NCBI RefSeq assembly: GCF_036588685.1
Contig: NC_086383.1
Coordinates: 9,982,001 to 10,046,000, forward strand
Origin: Mytilus trossulus
Lineage: Eukaryota
DNA: 64,000 nt
Direction of reading: 5' to 3'
Both the position numbers and the translations under genes were made by a program. Shown here piece after piece: positions 48,406-62,110 of this stretch (the stretch's first letter is position 1; each line of letters opens with the position of its first letter). A model generated the notes under the pieces. The model made no database searches. It was not told the origin of the DNA and worked only from the letters and a program-made list of their open reading frames with translations.

Positions 48406-50312
48406 ATATTGACATTATTACAAAACTGTCCTCTCATGTTTGTTACGAAATCTGTATTTCAAATTATTCTTTATATATCAACACACATAGGAACTGTTGC
48501 AGAAATTAAAACTTTAGGATTAGCTAAAATTGTTGACATAGATCTACATCTAGAACATAAATGTTATAAATTAGAAGATCTGGTATGTGTGTCAATAACA
48601 TTATTTGCAGGTCAGGGTCAATGTCCATATAGTTTTTAGAAAAACCAAACAACACATTGGGAAGTAATCGTCGCTGAAATCGACATTTTAGCAAGTTTTG
48701 TAGTTTTTAACCTGCATTTTTTTGTAATGCGGTTATAGTAGTATTCGATTTTGGCAGTTCAAGGTCTAACTAAGTGTTCAAAACTTTTTATGATCTATTG
48801 TCTAGTTTTTTCATTATTTTGTTATCATCTATTATCTTAAAGCAAAACTCATATCATATAATAAGTTTTGCAAGAAATATTCCTCTTGGTGTGTGAAAAG
48901 GTAGGAAAAATACACATATAAGAGTTAAATAAACGTTCGAAAATCACAACATGACCAATAGTTAAAGAGAACAACGCAGCAAGCACAGAAACCGACATCC
49001 TCTCTGCAATCATATTAGATGCATATTTGCGTCAGTTTCTGTTTGACTCAAGAGTTGTGAATATCTCTTACGTATCTGTTCTTGTTTTTGTTCACAAAAT
49101 ATATATAACAAAATGAACAGAGTGATTGAAATCTTACACGTGCATTTATTTGTACTGTATAGCTGTCTTGTAAAGTTGTAATTATAAAGGTATTTACATG
49201 ATTAAAACATTTGTGTCTCTTAATATTTAGTTCATCTTAATAACTGTAATTTACAAATGAAGAATCTTCTTCAGTTTTTTTAATAAAAAAAAACGTTTGT
49301 TGATGCATCTTAGAAAAAATAAAAAACCTATAAACATATACATATAGATTATTACATTGATAGAAGTGGGTATCGGATTAATCCAATGGAGATAGTTATA
49401 TTATCAATTCTCTCTAATGGTTAAAAGCTAAAATTTCTTCTTTTCTTTACCAAAATTCCGTCGAGTACCTTCCCCTTCCTAACACCTGTTAGAACATTGT
49501 GATCAATTCAGAGAGCTGAAAAAGGTTATGACCCTTTGACTAAGCCAATAATCTCCTGAGATTACCGGCAACCTGACGTTGATTTTTTTTTATACAATTG
49601 GTTCGGAAAGGGATACGATTCTACAGAATTAGAGAGGGGAAATATTTTGATTTCAATTATTTGCTATCATTTATGATTTTAAACATTAGCCTTCTTTTGA
49701 TAATATATATTTATGAAGAACTGTGAAAAATTGAAAGTAGAATCCAGAAATAAACGTTATTGTAATAGGATAACGATAAACGTAAAGTACACGTATTTTT
49801 TCATTGAATGATTTCAATTGTATTGCATACTTTATTAAAACATTCATTTGGTTAACTGAATTCCAACTTACAATTATAATTAAACTTGTTCATTTGTCAT
49901 GCATTGTACTTTTTCACTATTATTGGTTTATTTTACGCCAGCATACAGGGTTGTATTTTTAACATGTGTCACAGGATGAGAGCAAGAAAAGTGACTCCGT
50001 GGCTAATAAAGTGTAATCTGATAAATTTTTTTCTGTTATCTTAGTAATATTATCGTAACGAGGTATTGCAAGTATTGAAATAATAATGGATATAGAGTTA
50101 ACTGATTGTGATACATAAATATTTGATTCCAGATAAGCATATGATTGAAGCAATTAAGGGTTTGAAATGTTAACTTGAATTGAAAAATGTTAACATCCTT
50201 GTATAAAACTGTAGTCAATGGATTTCTCTTTAGTGCTAAAAGTGTATATGAACTTTGTCTAGAATGCTCTTCAACTTTAGACTTGTTTGGCTTTTTAACT
50301 GTTTTAATCTGA

Positions 50313-50356
50313 GCGTCACTGATGAGTCATATGTAGACGAAACGCGCGTCTGATGT
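50313..50356 (+). ncRNA. Minimal type I hammerhead ribozyme, intact core (duplicate of 15734)
   Basis: gcgtca-CTGATGA-gtc(atatgta)gac-GAAA-cgcgc-GTC-tgatgt. Confidence 0.82.
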
Positions 50357-51319
50357 ATAAAATGATAATCCTGGTACCTGAACTATTTGTATTAACAGAA
50401 CTTAAGCTTATTTGAAGCACGATTTTCTTCTTATTTATGAATACAGTTGCCATTTGTGTATATCAAAAGCTGTCACAACATTGCATTGTTGATATTTTAT
50501 TACCAAATTCTAAATACAACAATGCAAATTTTAGTCAAACATTAATGCGAAGGTCTGAAAACAGATAGATAAAAGTTTCGGTATGTTCGAATGAACATAC
50601 CTCTCGCTGTTGTAAACACCCTCTTAGTACGTACACATCTGACAGCTGTAGTATTTTAACTACGTATATAATGCGATTACAACCAAATGCTAAAATTTAA
50701 AACCTTCCTTTAGAAAATAAAATTCGTTTGATAGTTATTTTTTTTCTAGCATCGGTCGTTTGTTTTGATTTACCTAATTCAAAGTCAGTGAGAAATTTTC
50801 ATACAACGACATAAACATGTCCAAACCACAACTTTAGCATTTACATTTTTTGATAGTTTAAAAGTCACAAATCAAAATTTATTTTCTCTTTATAGTTTAT
50901 ACAGTAGATTTCCCAACGAATCACTTTTTTAATAAAATGTCAAGAATGACTTTTACGTTTTTTTTATTATGAATACTGGTTAAATAAAAGTACACATATT
51001 TGAAAACTAACTAGTTGATTGTTTTCCATGTCAAATGAATATCAAACAAGAGTTCAGTGACATCAACGACACAAACTATCCTTCAGGAATTAGATACATT
51101 GTAATTATTTGTTAAAATCGGGAATGAGATCTGATAAGGACAAACACAAAAAAGGTTATTTTGCTTCATACAATATTTAATTTTCTGAACGAAATAAAAC
51201 TTTGTCTAAATCGAAATATCTAGTTATTATTTTTATCATTCTAATTCAATTTAAAATTAGGAAGATGTGATATAATTGCCAATCAGACAAATCTCCACAA
51301 TAGACCAAAAAATTGTATG

Positions 51320-52105
51320 CTTTATAATTTGACGGGACGTATTATGGTAAACAAATGTTCGGCGTCTGTCCGTCTGTCTGTGCGGCGCCCACATGTCGCA
51401 CCGTTACTTGTGAAACACCTATTTAAATTTCTTATAATGGTCAAACGATCTGTATACTTTTTGGTGAAAATAAGATTTATACTTTTTGAGTTGCGGGACT
51501 TAATAATTAAAACAGGGGTGTGTTTTTTTAACATGTCTTGCCGTATCTCAAAAACGGTTTATGATTATTGTTTAAAATATTACATACTTATTAGTTATAT
51601 TAATTTAATTTTTTTTTATTTTTTTGGTGATAATTCATAGTTTGATTTTAGAGGTATTGATTTTTTTGTAAAAAAAGGGCAGGAGTTTCACAGGTCTCGC
51701 CGTATCTCAAAAACGATCTCTGATTGTTGCTTAAAACTTTACACCTTTCTTAGTTATATTAATCTTCAAATGTTTATATATTTCGGTTCTGATTCAAATT
51801 TCTTTTTAAAGTTATTTTTTTGTAAAAGAAGGGGGGGGGGGGGGGCTTGTTCACATGTAGTACCGTATTTCAATACCATTTATGACTATTGCTTGCTATT
51901 AACTTTACACACTTCTTAGTTATACTAATCTTAAGATCTGTATACTTTTTGGTAATGATTCAAAATTTTCTTTTAGAATTATTGAGATTTTTGTAAAAAA
52001 TAATATATTCACATTTCGCGCCGTATCTCAGAAACTATTTATGATTTTTGCATAAAACCTCACTAACAAGAAGAAGGGCTTTCATGCGCTCGTGGGGTAG
52101 CTTTT
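51320..52105 (+). mobile_element. Helentron/HINE-like element (copy B)
   Basis: Nearly identical to 16750-17540. Confidence 0.65.
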
Positions 52106-53772
52106 TATTATAGCAAGCTGAACCTCCCACTTTAATGGGATAAACAATATAAACCCAGGTTGTTATTGTGACAATAATTGGGACAAAGCTAACCACAGGC
52201 AAACAGTATAAATAATTTATACCGCCCTCCCCCCAAAAAGAGATAGATAAAATAATTCACAACGTCAGCACATTATTTATATAACTCAAAACCAACAGAA
52301 GAATATATATTAATGGGACAGAGAAAAAAAACACGATTGAATTTTTCATGGAAATTACATTATCAATCCATCAATATCTAATCGATAAAGATTAGTTGAT
52401 CTTCTTGATTTATAAGTGCCTTATAGAAATATGTGATAAGGAAATATTACAATGTGAACAGGGAAGGGCGCACATCGGACTCCCAGAGAATAAGCGATGG
52501 ATAACCTGTTGGAAAGTTCTCCAAATCCAACAAATGTGTTTTAACTGAAAAACTCATCAAGTTGCTAACGGGATTTCGTAGTTGCAGTTTGTTTCTTATG
52601 AATCATTTTTTTCACAAAATTTATCAGGTTTGTAATTTGTATTGTTATTAATACAAATCTTATCTTTTACTCTATCCGAATTCTGTTATATTTTTGGGAA
52701 ATCTTTTTAGAAATTCAAATATGACGTAACTTTGTGCGTTGATGGCTTTGGCTAACTCAGCTGTGTATTTTTTATGCTGCTTTATGCTGCTTAAGGTTGT
52801 TTTATGTAATGTATCCGTTTTTATTCTGTAGTTGGTCAACACTTCGGTGTTATCATGTATATTTATTTCATATTCAATTATTAAAATTAACTGTTAGCAA
52901 AAGTATGAATTATTTTAAATAATAAGGATGTTCGTATCCCAGGCAGAACAAAACCATAGCCGTATTGGATAACCTGTTCTCCAAATCCAACTTTGTACTT
53001 ATTTTGACCTTCGAATCTTTTTTTTTGCATCTGAGCGTCGCTGGCTTGTCTTGTGTGGACAAAACGCACGTCTGGCGTTAAATAGTTATCAAAGGTACCA
53101 GTAATTCAGCACGTCAGACTCTACATAAAACTCATCAGTGACGCTCATATCAAAATATTTATAAAGCCTAACAAGTTCAAAGTTGAAGAGCATTGCAGGT
53201 CCAAAATTTCCAAATACAGCTAAGGTAATCTATGCCTGGGATAAGAAAATCTTTAGTTTTTTTCGAAAAAAAATAAGTTTTGTAAACAGGAAATTGAACC
53301 TGGTACCTTTTGTTAGCTATAATTTGTGTATTTCTTTGTCCAATATGTTCTTCTATTTATAGTGTTGTCCTGTCATGGAATATTGTCATTTTAGTGTTAC
53401 ATTGTTTCCCAAAATGTCCTGTACATGTACTATACCAAGTCAGGAAAATGTCCGTTGTTATATTACAGTTCGTTTCGGTGTGTGTTACATTGTTTGTGTT
53501 TGTGTTTTTGTTGTGTCGGAGTTCTTCTTTTATATTTGATGCATTTTCCTGAGTCTAAGTTTGTATCCTGGATTTTTTTTAATCGATTCATGAATTTCGA
53601 GCAGCAACTAACAAACCTCTCCCCCCAAAAAAAGAAAGAAAAGAAAACCCACAAAAACAATCAAAGAAAAATTACATAAAAACTGAAATTGCAATTAAAC
53701 TACAACTACATAACAAGGAATGTATGAAAAGTTATTTTTGATACTTGATTCTTAGACGGTGAGAGCCGTTGA

Positions 53773-53931
53773 TCATGTGGTTTTATATACATCAATTGAG
53801 AAACCAGTGCAATTTTTTGAAAAATCAGTAGTGAACTCGAGGAAGAAAGCACTGTCTGTTGACCTTATGTCATCTGGAAGATTGTATCCAGTCAAGCTGT
53901 ACAGCTCTGTTCCACCTTGTCTGGCATAAAT
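53773..53931 (-). CDS. CUB domain C-half terminal exon (CUB gene B)
   Basis: cttttag| acceptor, phase 0. Encodes IYARQGGTELYSLTGYNLPDDIRSTDSAFFLEFTTDFSKNCTGFSIDVYKTT* (CUB F-T-T-D..GF motif). Confidence 0.82.
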   Translation of the reverse strand: MYARQGGTELYSLTGYNLPDDIRSTDSAFFLEFTTDFSKNCTGFSIDVYKTT

Positions 53932-54642
53932 CTAAAAGTGTATACATAGAAAGTATTTTTAATAACACCCAGTAGCAAAATACAAACTATTCAAGATCGA
54001 TTCAATCAGTGGAACACCGGTTTGCGAAAATGCTTAGCCGTAAAGTTTGCAAATAATTTAACCTGTTAATGACAAAAAACATGTGTGTAGATATGAATAA
54101 ACCAGTTTAAAAAATATACTAGTATTTCATTGGTGTGCGCCACCTGTTTCCAGATTATATACTAAAACATTTAACTATTTTTTCAAAACCAACTTTTTTT
54201 CACCAAGATGGTCATTGGTAGCAAACGAGAGTCTTAAGTTTTATAACAAATAACAGATATGTTTTTCTAACATTTTGCTTTATTGATCTTTCGATTTTTG
54301 TGATACAACTTTAGTTTTATAGAAAGAGAAGTGTGAAGACAAACGTTTGATATTGACATTACCTATGAAACAAGCGATGATCAGATAAGCATGGATCTTT
54401 TAATATGAAAAAAAATGTTTCTTGTCTACATCAAACCTGAGGACTGTCGTTTGTTGTAGAGTTCAAAGCTACAAAATATGCTCCAATAATTAAGCTGTTG
54501 TCTGCTCTACGGTCGGGTTGTCGTCACTTTGATACATTCCACATTTCCATTCTCAATTTTATCATGTATCTGATACTCATAGATTTATTTATTTAGAACT
54601 TTATTTATAGTATTTCTTATTTATAATAATATTTCATCTTAC

Positions 54643-54794
54643 CTTAAGGAAATCGTAATCATCCTCAAGTTTAAATGCTGTAAATTTCAGAACCAGTTGG
54701 AAGTTTATTTCGACAGTGAAAGTCCAATTCTTAAAATCGTAGTTTGGATATTTTGCTGGGTAATTTGTTGAAATTATAGTTTCCATGAAAATAA
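54643..54794 (-). CDS. CUB domain N-half exon (CUB gene B)
   Basis: ttttttcag| acceptor and AAG|gtaaga donor, phase 1-0. Encodes IFMETIISTNYPAKYPNYDFKNWTFTVEINFQLVLKFTAFKLEDDYDFLK (CUB I-S-x-N-Y-P..Y..W..L-x-F..F-x-LE..D-x-L). Not in the ORF track. Confidence 0.82.
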
Positions 54795-56376
54795 CTGAAA
54801 AAATAGATGGTTAAGTATAACATTTTTACTATGAATATGACAAAAGGCATTATTGATTTTTTATTCGGTATGGTTACCTACACCTATTATCTGGAGGAGT
54901 ATCCGGTTTGCTTTGAGGGACAACATAATCATAAATGAAGAGATTGTTAAAAGAAGTACAAAATAAATAAACTCTGATCAAAAGAAATATAAAAACATAA
55001 AGTCATCAACCAAAGGCCGAATCAAAATCTCAAACACATGAAAAAAGTGAAATAACAAACAATACTGAACTCCGAGGAAAATTCAAAACGGAAAGTTCAT
55101 AATCAAATGATAAAACACATCAAACGAATTGACAACAACTGTCATATTCCTATAAAATGGTATATTTAACCGGGTTTTACAGCTAGCTAAACCTTTAACC
55201 TCTAGCAGGAAACACATGAATCCGTTTTGTTTATATATATACAATACACATGGTAGATATTGTGTTCATTGATCATCAATTCACTTTGACATGTAGATAC
55301 ATTTATCCATAACTGGTTGGATGACTTAAATGTTAATAATTACGAAACTATTGTTTTTCACGTACATTTAAATGATAGAGTTTCCGCATAGATTTTACAT
55401 TTCGGTGCAGTTGCATAGTCGTATGATTAAATTCCGTTTCATTTATAATTAGACATTCATTCCAAATCTTAAAATATTATGTTCAAGTACAAGTGTATCA
55501 GACAAGAAAACTACATCTATAGGGTAATCTAAGGTTTTTAGTCTAGTCTGTCTGCGGCAAATAATGCATAAATCTAAACAAATTGCAACAGAAATGGTTT
55601 CAACAGTTTTATAATACCAAAGCATGACACAATCAAATATTAAAAGTCTAGAATAATCGTACGATCGGAAATCCCCATTTTGGGCTAAAAACAATAATTT
55701 TAACCGAAAATCGATGAAATTTGTGATTTTTTTTTTTATTAAAAAATCGGAATTTTAGCACTATGTTAGCCAAACAAATGTCAAAAACGAATTAAGATGA
55801 CTAAAACAACTACAAAGAACATTTCCGAAGTAAAATTTACAATCCAGAGTTAGAACTTATTGGTAGAATTAACCCTTTTAATGATAAAATCACAAAAAAA
55901 TCCAAAAAAATCGATATATTTGAGATTTATAAATGGCTGTTTTCAAACGTTTTAAAAGTTGTGTCTAATATAAAAAACGAAGATGTTGTATTATTGCCCA
56001 TGAGACAACTCTCCACAAGAGACCACAATTACACAGAAATTATAAAAAAGAAAAAAAAACTATAGGTCACTGTACGGCCTTCAACACTGAGCAAAGCCCA
56101 CACTGCATTGTCAGCTATAAAAGGCCCCGAAGTGACAGTGTAAAACAATTTAAACAAAAAATAACGGCCCAATTTATGTAAAAAAAGCCTTTTATCATTC
56201 ACATACCGTCTATCTATGAAAAGTTAATAGCACATTATTTAACAGATCTTATATATACACTGAATTGCATGCAATATTTCGATAGAATGCAAAAAAAAGA
56301 AGTAGGCAAAAGTTTAAAAAAAAAACACATAAAGAAATTTTTACTACGAACTATTTGTTTGCTTTTTAATATGCTT

Positions 56377-56469
56377 TTAAATTATATTTATACAAAATGG
56401 TTTGTTCTGAATGGAAACAATACACTTTTTGTTTTTAGAGCAAGGATTCGGCCAGCATGGATCATTGAT
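56377..56469 (-). CDS. EGF-like four-Cys exon following the PAN domain
   Basis: actttcag| acceptor, phase 0, matching the PAN donor. Encodes INDPCWPNPCSKNKKCIVSIQNKPFCINII*. No strong donor occurs before the stop. Confidence 0.68.
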   Translation of the reverse strand: MNDPCWPNPCSKNKKCIVSIQNKPFCINII

Positions 56470-57699
56470 CTGAAAGTGTGAAACTAAAATTATTCCTTTT
56501 TACACTTCAATTAATTACTAGTAATCAAACCTGTAAATATGACATGGCTGTGATAATGATATTGAACATATTATGTGTTGAAAGTTAACATTTCAAAATA
56601 CAAGTGATAGGTTTAGATAGCTATAAAAACCAGGTCTACTATTTCCTACACGAGGAAATGCATGTACCAAGCAAGTTATATGACAGTTGTTACCCATCCG
56701 TTTGATGTGTTTGAGATTTTGTTTTTGTCATGAATTTGATTAGGGACGTTTTTCATTTTCCTCGGGGCTAAGATTTTTTGTAATTTAACTTTTTCTTTCG
56801 TTTAATTCATGATGAATTGCACAAAGGTTCCATTTGTTTTTGAAATCCAAGTAAGAAAAATATACAAGTTCAGTGTTTGAAATTGTATTTCAATTCTTTT
56901 AACAAGTTAATATGAATTTGTTTAAAGTCATATGAAACGAGTGACTGGTGAAAAATAATGTTTATCCAATTCTTGAACCAATGCATGTATAAATTATCAA
57001 GTGAGTCATCTGTGCACGATTTTATAACTTTTTCAGCAAACATATTGTATTATCGTATTTTTTTGTTATCTATCTGTCTGTTACGATTAAACAAATATGG
57101 CAGATCATTAATTGCCGTATTTGGAAGCCGGAGTTTACCGATTCTAACTTTATAGTAAACAATCAACAACGAATCATAGACATTGAGCACGCGAATAACA
57201 TATACAATCATATAATAGTTTGTTCAAATGACAGTTCCACGCGTTTTGTGATCACCGGATTTCTACGAGGAGGTTCACGCTAAGGTCATTTGCATATACG
57301 AAAATTATGTTGGCGATTTGCTTCCTAGAATCAAGCATTTAAAATAAAGTAAACTTCCTCTAAATGTGGACAAATTAAAGAATTTTCTTCAGAAATAAAG
57401 TATATGTTCAAATGTACATAACTTTTATAATGAAAACTTTCCATTGAGTTATAAAAAGTTTTAAATTTGAGGTTTTATCTGACTTTAATATGACTAAAAT
57501 GTGAAATATCAAAGGGTCAATGAAAAATAATCTCAGTAAAAAAAATGAAAATAAGAACACTATATTTTGTGTGTTGTTTAATAAATTACTTGAACAGAAG
57601 TTCTTTAAATTCTTTATTTACTTTTGTTGATATATAATAGTGTAGAAGGACTTAAAAGAATTTTAATAAAATATATCTGAATTTTATTATGTAACCTAC

Positions 57700-58020
57700 C
57701 GTTTGCAAAGAAGACAAAGCAATAATCCTGGTTCCATTTTTTACAGATATTTCGTCTGTTGTCGGGTGTATTCTTAATAACTCACACGTCAGTTGATGAC
57801 GATCAAATTTCACACCATTGCACCCATATACACTCTTACACTTATTGGTGCACATCGTTGGTCCAATGTGACTTATCACGCTGATAACTTCTGGTTTCGT
57901 TGTTACGTTTGTTTCAATTTCCCCAATTGTACAAGTGCTGCATAACAGCATTACGACGATACGAATGAAGACAACAATTAATAGATATTTTAGAAAGGCA
58001 AAAGAAAAACGTACAGTCAA
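57700..58020 (-). CDS. PAN/apple-domain exon with hydrophobic leader (CUB gene B, first coding exon)
   Basis: Encodes ISHIGPTMCTNKCKSVYGCNGVKFDRHQLTCELL (PAN C-x3-C-x5-C...C pattern). Donor ACG|gtaggt at 57699, phase 0. The start is uncertain: the ORF opens with TTG and the first in-frame ATG gives MLLCSTC. Confidence 0.75.
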
Positions 58021-61000
58021 TTGACATTTTTCTTCAATCCATTGTGTTTAAAGCGTCGCATAATAATCTAAATGTTCCAATGATTTATAGATAATTTATA
58101 TTACACAGTTGATATTAAAGTGCAATTGAAAAATGCACATAAAATGAAAGTCACTCGAGAATAATATAGAAAAGGTAATTAATTATTACTTTTTAACTCT
58201 AGTTCTTAATTTGAAAATTTTGTATTTGGAATTTAAAATTCACATAATAATCAGATGTTAAAACTGATAGCTGGCAAACTTTTGTACATAGTGCAAACCA
58301 AATATAATTAATTTCTGTAAATAAAACAGATTGATATATATAGATTGCTCAACAACCTTTATGAAAATAAGTATGCACAGTGAACACAGTGACATAAAAG
58401 TTCAAAAGTATGACTATTTTGTATACAATGTCTAGCTGCAAACAATAGAGAAACATTCAGTTAAATAATATGTTCATTTTTAATAAATAGTGTTGTAATA
58501 AAGCAATATGAATGTTCATCGGACTCCCATTAACAAACCTACAATACGTTATATCCGATTATCTTTGAAACAGAAGGCAAAAGAAAACATCCTTAACATT
58601 GCTGAGTATATTTGTTTTCTTCAAGGAAACCTTATATTTCTACTATTTTTTTGGATTCTTTGAATATATATGTTACAGATGAATTGATTCCTTCTTTAAG
58701 GTAAATATGGTGGAAACATTTTTTTATTATTATTAACCAGTGGATTTATTTCGTTCCCACGGGTGCATTGTATTTGTGGGCGTTATTGATGACGTACTAG
58801 TAAAAAATGTAGTACGGATTTTTGTGATACAAATGCATTCAGTTGATAACAAGAAGGTACTGAAACTGTTCTTTAAGATGAAACGTAGGCTCAAAGGTTT
58901 TTGGAACAAACAGTATGTTACCATTTCCCATTAACAAGTGTCATGTAGATCTTTTATGAGATGCAGACATTCCGATAAAAGTATGTCACTCATATCCACA
59001 CATCAAAACTCAGCTCAAAATATATCCGAGTCAGATGTCTAACAGTAGAAACAAATTAAAATGGCAATTGTACATCAATGGCTATGACTATTATCAGTTA
59101 CTGCAAGCTCCATATCTGAATTAGATAAAGGCAAAAGTAGTATACCGCTGTTCCAAACTGAATTAAACTATTCGAAAGTTTATGCCCATTCATATGAGGA
59201 TAAGGCACAATACTTCCCGTAAGTAAATAAGTTTCATACCAACATAACATTTATGCTCAGAACATACCCCGTATGATGCTAACTACGGGTTCCCTATGAG
59301 TGAATCGATATTAGGTTCATAATATGCTATTTTAATGAACTGACAACATATCACTTCTGAATAAGTCTATTTAAAGGTTTGACTAACTTTTGAGAAGAAT
59401 GAATGTGATTTGTTAACGGGAACAAATGAAAACATAATTTCGCCGTTGCCAATTCTTTTATTCCCAATTAGACAATAGTTAACTGATGTTTCATTTTCAT
59501 AAATCCGTCTGGAATAAAATTTAAAGCATGCTCAACCAGCAAAAAAAAATGAAAAAAAATCGTAAAAAGGCTTTTATTTTGTTAGCTAGACAAGTAATTT
59601 ATCCACGAAGTACTGACTTGTGACGCTCGAAAAAAAAACCCAACGTTATCGGAGTATATCCAGGACGCGCAGTAAACTACGATCACGACTATCTTACCAA
59701 GAATAAAGAAATAAAAACACCAGGTTTGTATTATTAAGCATAATAAGAAGAAAGGAAAGGACCTGGCATACTAGTCCCATGCATGATAGTTGGACACACA
59801 AACAAAGAAGCAAAACCACGTTTGTAGTGTTGCTATGTCCAAGTCCAAGTTTGACTTTAGCAAACACATTATAGATCCAAATAGAAAAATATATTGCGGA
59901 TCCAAAATGTTTTCTCATTAACTGAAGCACAATTATAAAAGCAATGTACATTTTAACAAAACAATACAACAATGACAGTGAAATGGTAGTGCATTACAGG
60001 ATACAGTAGGGCAACTCTCTATATTCCACCAGTTTCCATAGGGGTTCCTGTTCTTAAGTGAATATGTCCTGTGCGATGCCATTCCAACTGTTTGTCTTTT
60101 TGTTGTTTTTGTTATTTGTCGCTTTATATATTACTAGTCTCCGCTTGTTACTTGTTGATGGTTATCAAAAAGTAAAATCACAAAAATACTGAACTTAGAC
60201 AAAAATCAATTCGGGAAGTCTATAATCATGATAATCACATGGCAAAATCGCATCAAAAACGAATGGACAAGAACTTTCATATTCCTGACTTAGTACAGGC
60301 ATTTTCAAATGTAGAAAATAGTGGATTAAACCTGGTTCTATTGCGCTAACCCTCTTACTTTAATAACAGTCTCATCAAAATTCCGTTATATTTACATTGA
60401 TGCGTTAATTAAACAGACATAATAAATAAAACAGTAAAAAAATGGGTACATCAGTCAACATCGTATAACAATTTTAAAAGGAACAATTTAACAGAACACA
60501 AAAACATCTATCTTCCACGAACATATTGATTGATTTGAGTGTCTGACGACAGGAAATATTTTATACGTCACATAAATTTGTCGATCAATGTGCATACAAA
60601 CAATTTTGAAATTTACATTGGCAATGTTAGCATACAGGGTTAAAAAACAAAAGTATGTAAAATTGCGAACTACTAGTAAGGTTGTTTTTTTGTTCAAGAA
60701 TTTTCTCTATTACTATTACATCTGCTTGGTTAAATTATTGTACACAACAATTGTCTATAAGTTTTCAGATATAACGAAGTAATTACTTTTAGTGCAACCT
60801 GTCTTATCTTGTACCTTGTGTAAGCATTCTATATATTCGTCTGATATTTTGTTAGGATATCTAAGGTTAATTATAAATTGTTCTTATGCTTTCCTTCTGT
60901 CTAAACAAGTTTTATACATTTCTTCAAACTGACGGATTGTTAACCCGCAAACTTCATTTGATATAATGATCCCTCCATCTTCAGATTGGTATACTAATTG

Positions 61001-61734
61001 TGTGTATTTCCGGCGTCCAGGGTAAGAACAACTATTGACGCGATATGGTTCCCAGGTTGTTATTTTTCGCATCCAAGTACATTTTGATCGCTGTTGTGTT
61101 CATTGTTTCTTGAATTTCGGTTCATATTAAATTTGCTGTAAATCATCAATCCCATTTCAATGCAATTCTGATTATGTTACATACATAACAGTTGTTAATC
61201 ATTTCTTCCGTTTGTTAAAAAAAGTCAAACATTTATTTTTTTTGTCATTAGTTATAGACTTTCCATTTATTTCACTTTCTATTGGCTTTTCGTTTTTTGG
61301 TTTTACTTTTTTCAAGCTATATTTCGGTATGGTGTAATATTATGTATTGAAACTTGTGAAGTTCATTACATAATATAATAATGTTCACTTTGAGAAGAAT
61401 ATTTAATAAAAAAAACCAATCTTACCTAAGCTAGAAACAATTGTTTTGGTGTTTCAACAAAATGGACGTTTGGATTGCATCCAGCAATAATTTCCCCTTT
61501 CGATATCAAAATTAACACAGTCGCTCCTTTGTGTTTTTGAAAGAACATTGCTATCTATATTTTATATTGTAATCACTATGTTACATTTCTATTTTTAGAT
61601 ATTTATCATACAATATTTAAGATAAATAAGCAGCAATCGAAGGTGAAATATTTACCAAAAAATCACCATTTTGTTCTAAGGGTGACTTTAATTATAACGC
61701 TATGAATATTATAAAAAAGATAGGCAGAATAATT

Positions 61735-62110
61735 TAAACATAAAACAAACCATTACATGACTAAAAAAGTAAAAAACAGTCCAGATACAATAACATATAA
61801 AAACACTAATCAGCATGAACCTTTATTTTTCAATCCCTGTATTTTTTTCTCTTGATTTTAGAGTTGCTACTAAGAGAAAATTACGTTTTCCTCTTTCTGT
61901 TGAATGATTAATAAATAAACAAAATCGTCTTGCATGCGAGTAATGTAAACATAAAACAAACCATTACGTGACTTAAAGGAAACAACAGTCCAGATACAAT
62001 AACATATAAAAACACCGATCAGCATGAACATTTATTTTTTCATCTCCGTATTTTTTTCTCTTGATTTTAGAGTTGTTACTTATAGATTTAACATAATCGT
62101 CTTGCATGCG
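61735..62110 (+). repeat. Local tandem duplication (period about 211 bp)
   Basis: taaacataaaacaaaccattac...cttgattttagagttg...aatcgtcttgcatgcg occurs twice (starting at 61735 and 61946). Confidence 0.85.

Larger units (their letters stand above)
44640..54697 (+). repeat. Segmental duplication, copy B
   Basis: Direct repeat of about 9300-24413, offset by about 30-35 kb. In addition, 43735-44085 matches 465-820. Confidence 0.92.

Noticed and set aside
58740-58934. ORF with a faint MAM-like pattern and an upstream AG
   Set aside because: No diagnostic motif or coherent exon chain.
60884-61550. Possible minus-strand exons (MRKITTWEPY.., donor near 61428)
   Set aside because: Stops occur in the frames needed to join them and there is no recognisable domain.
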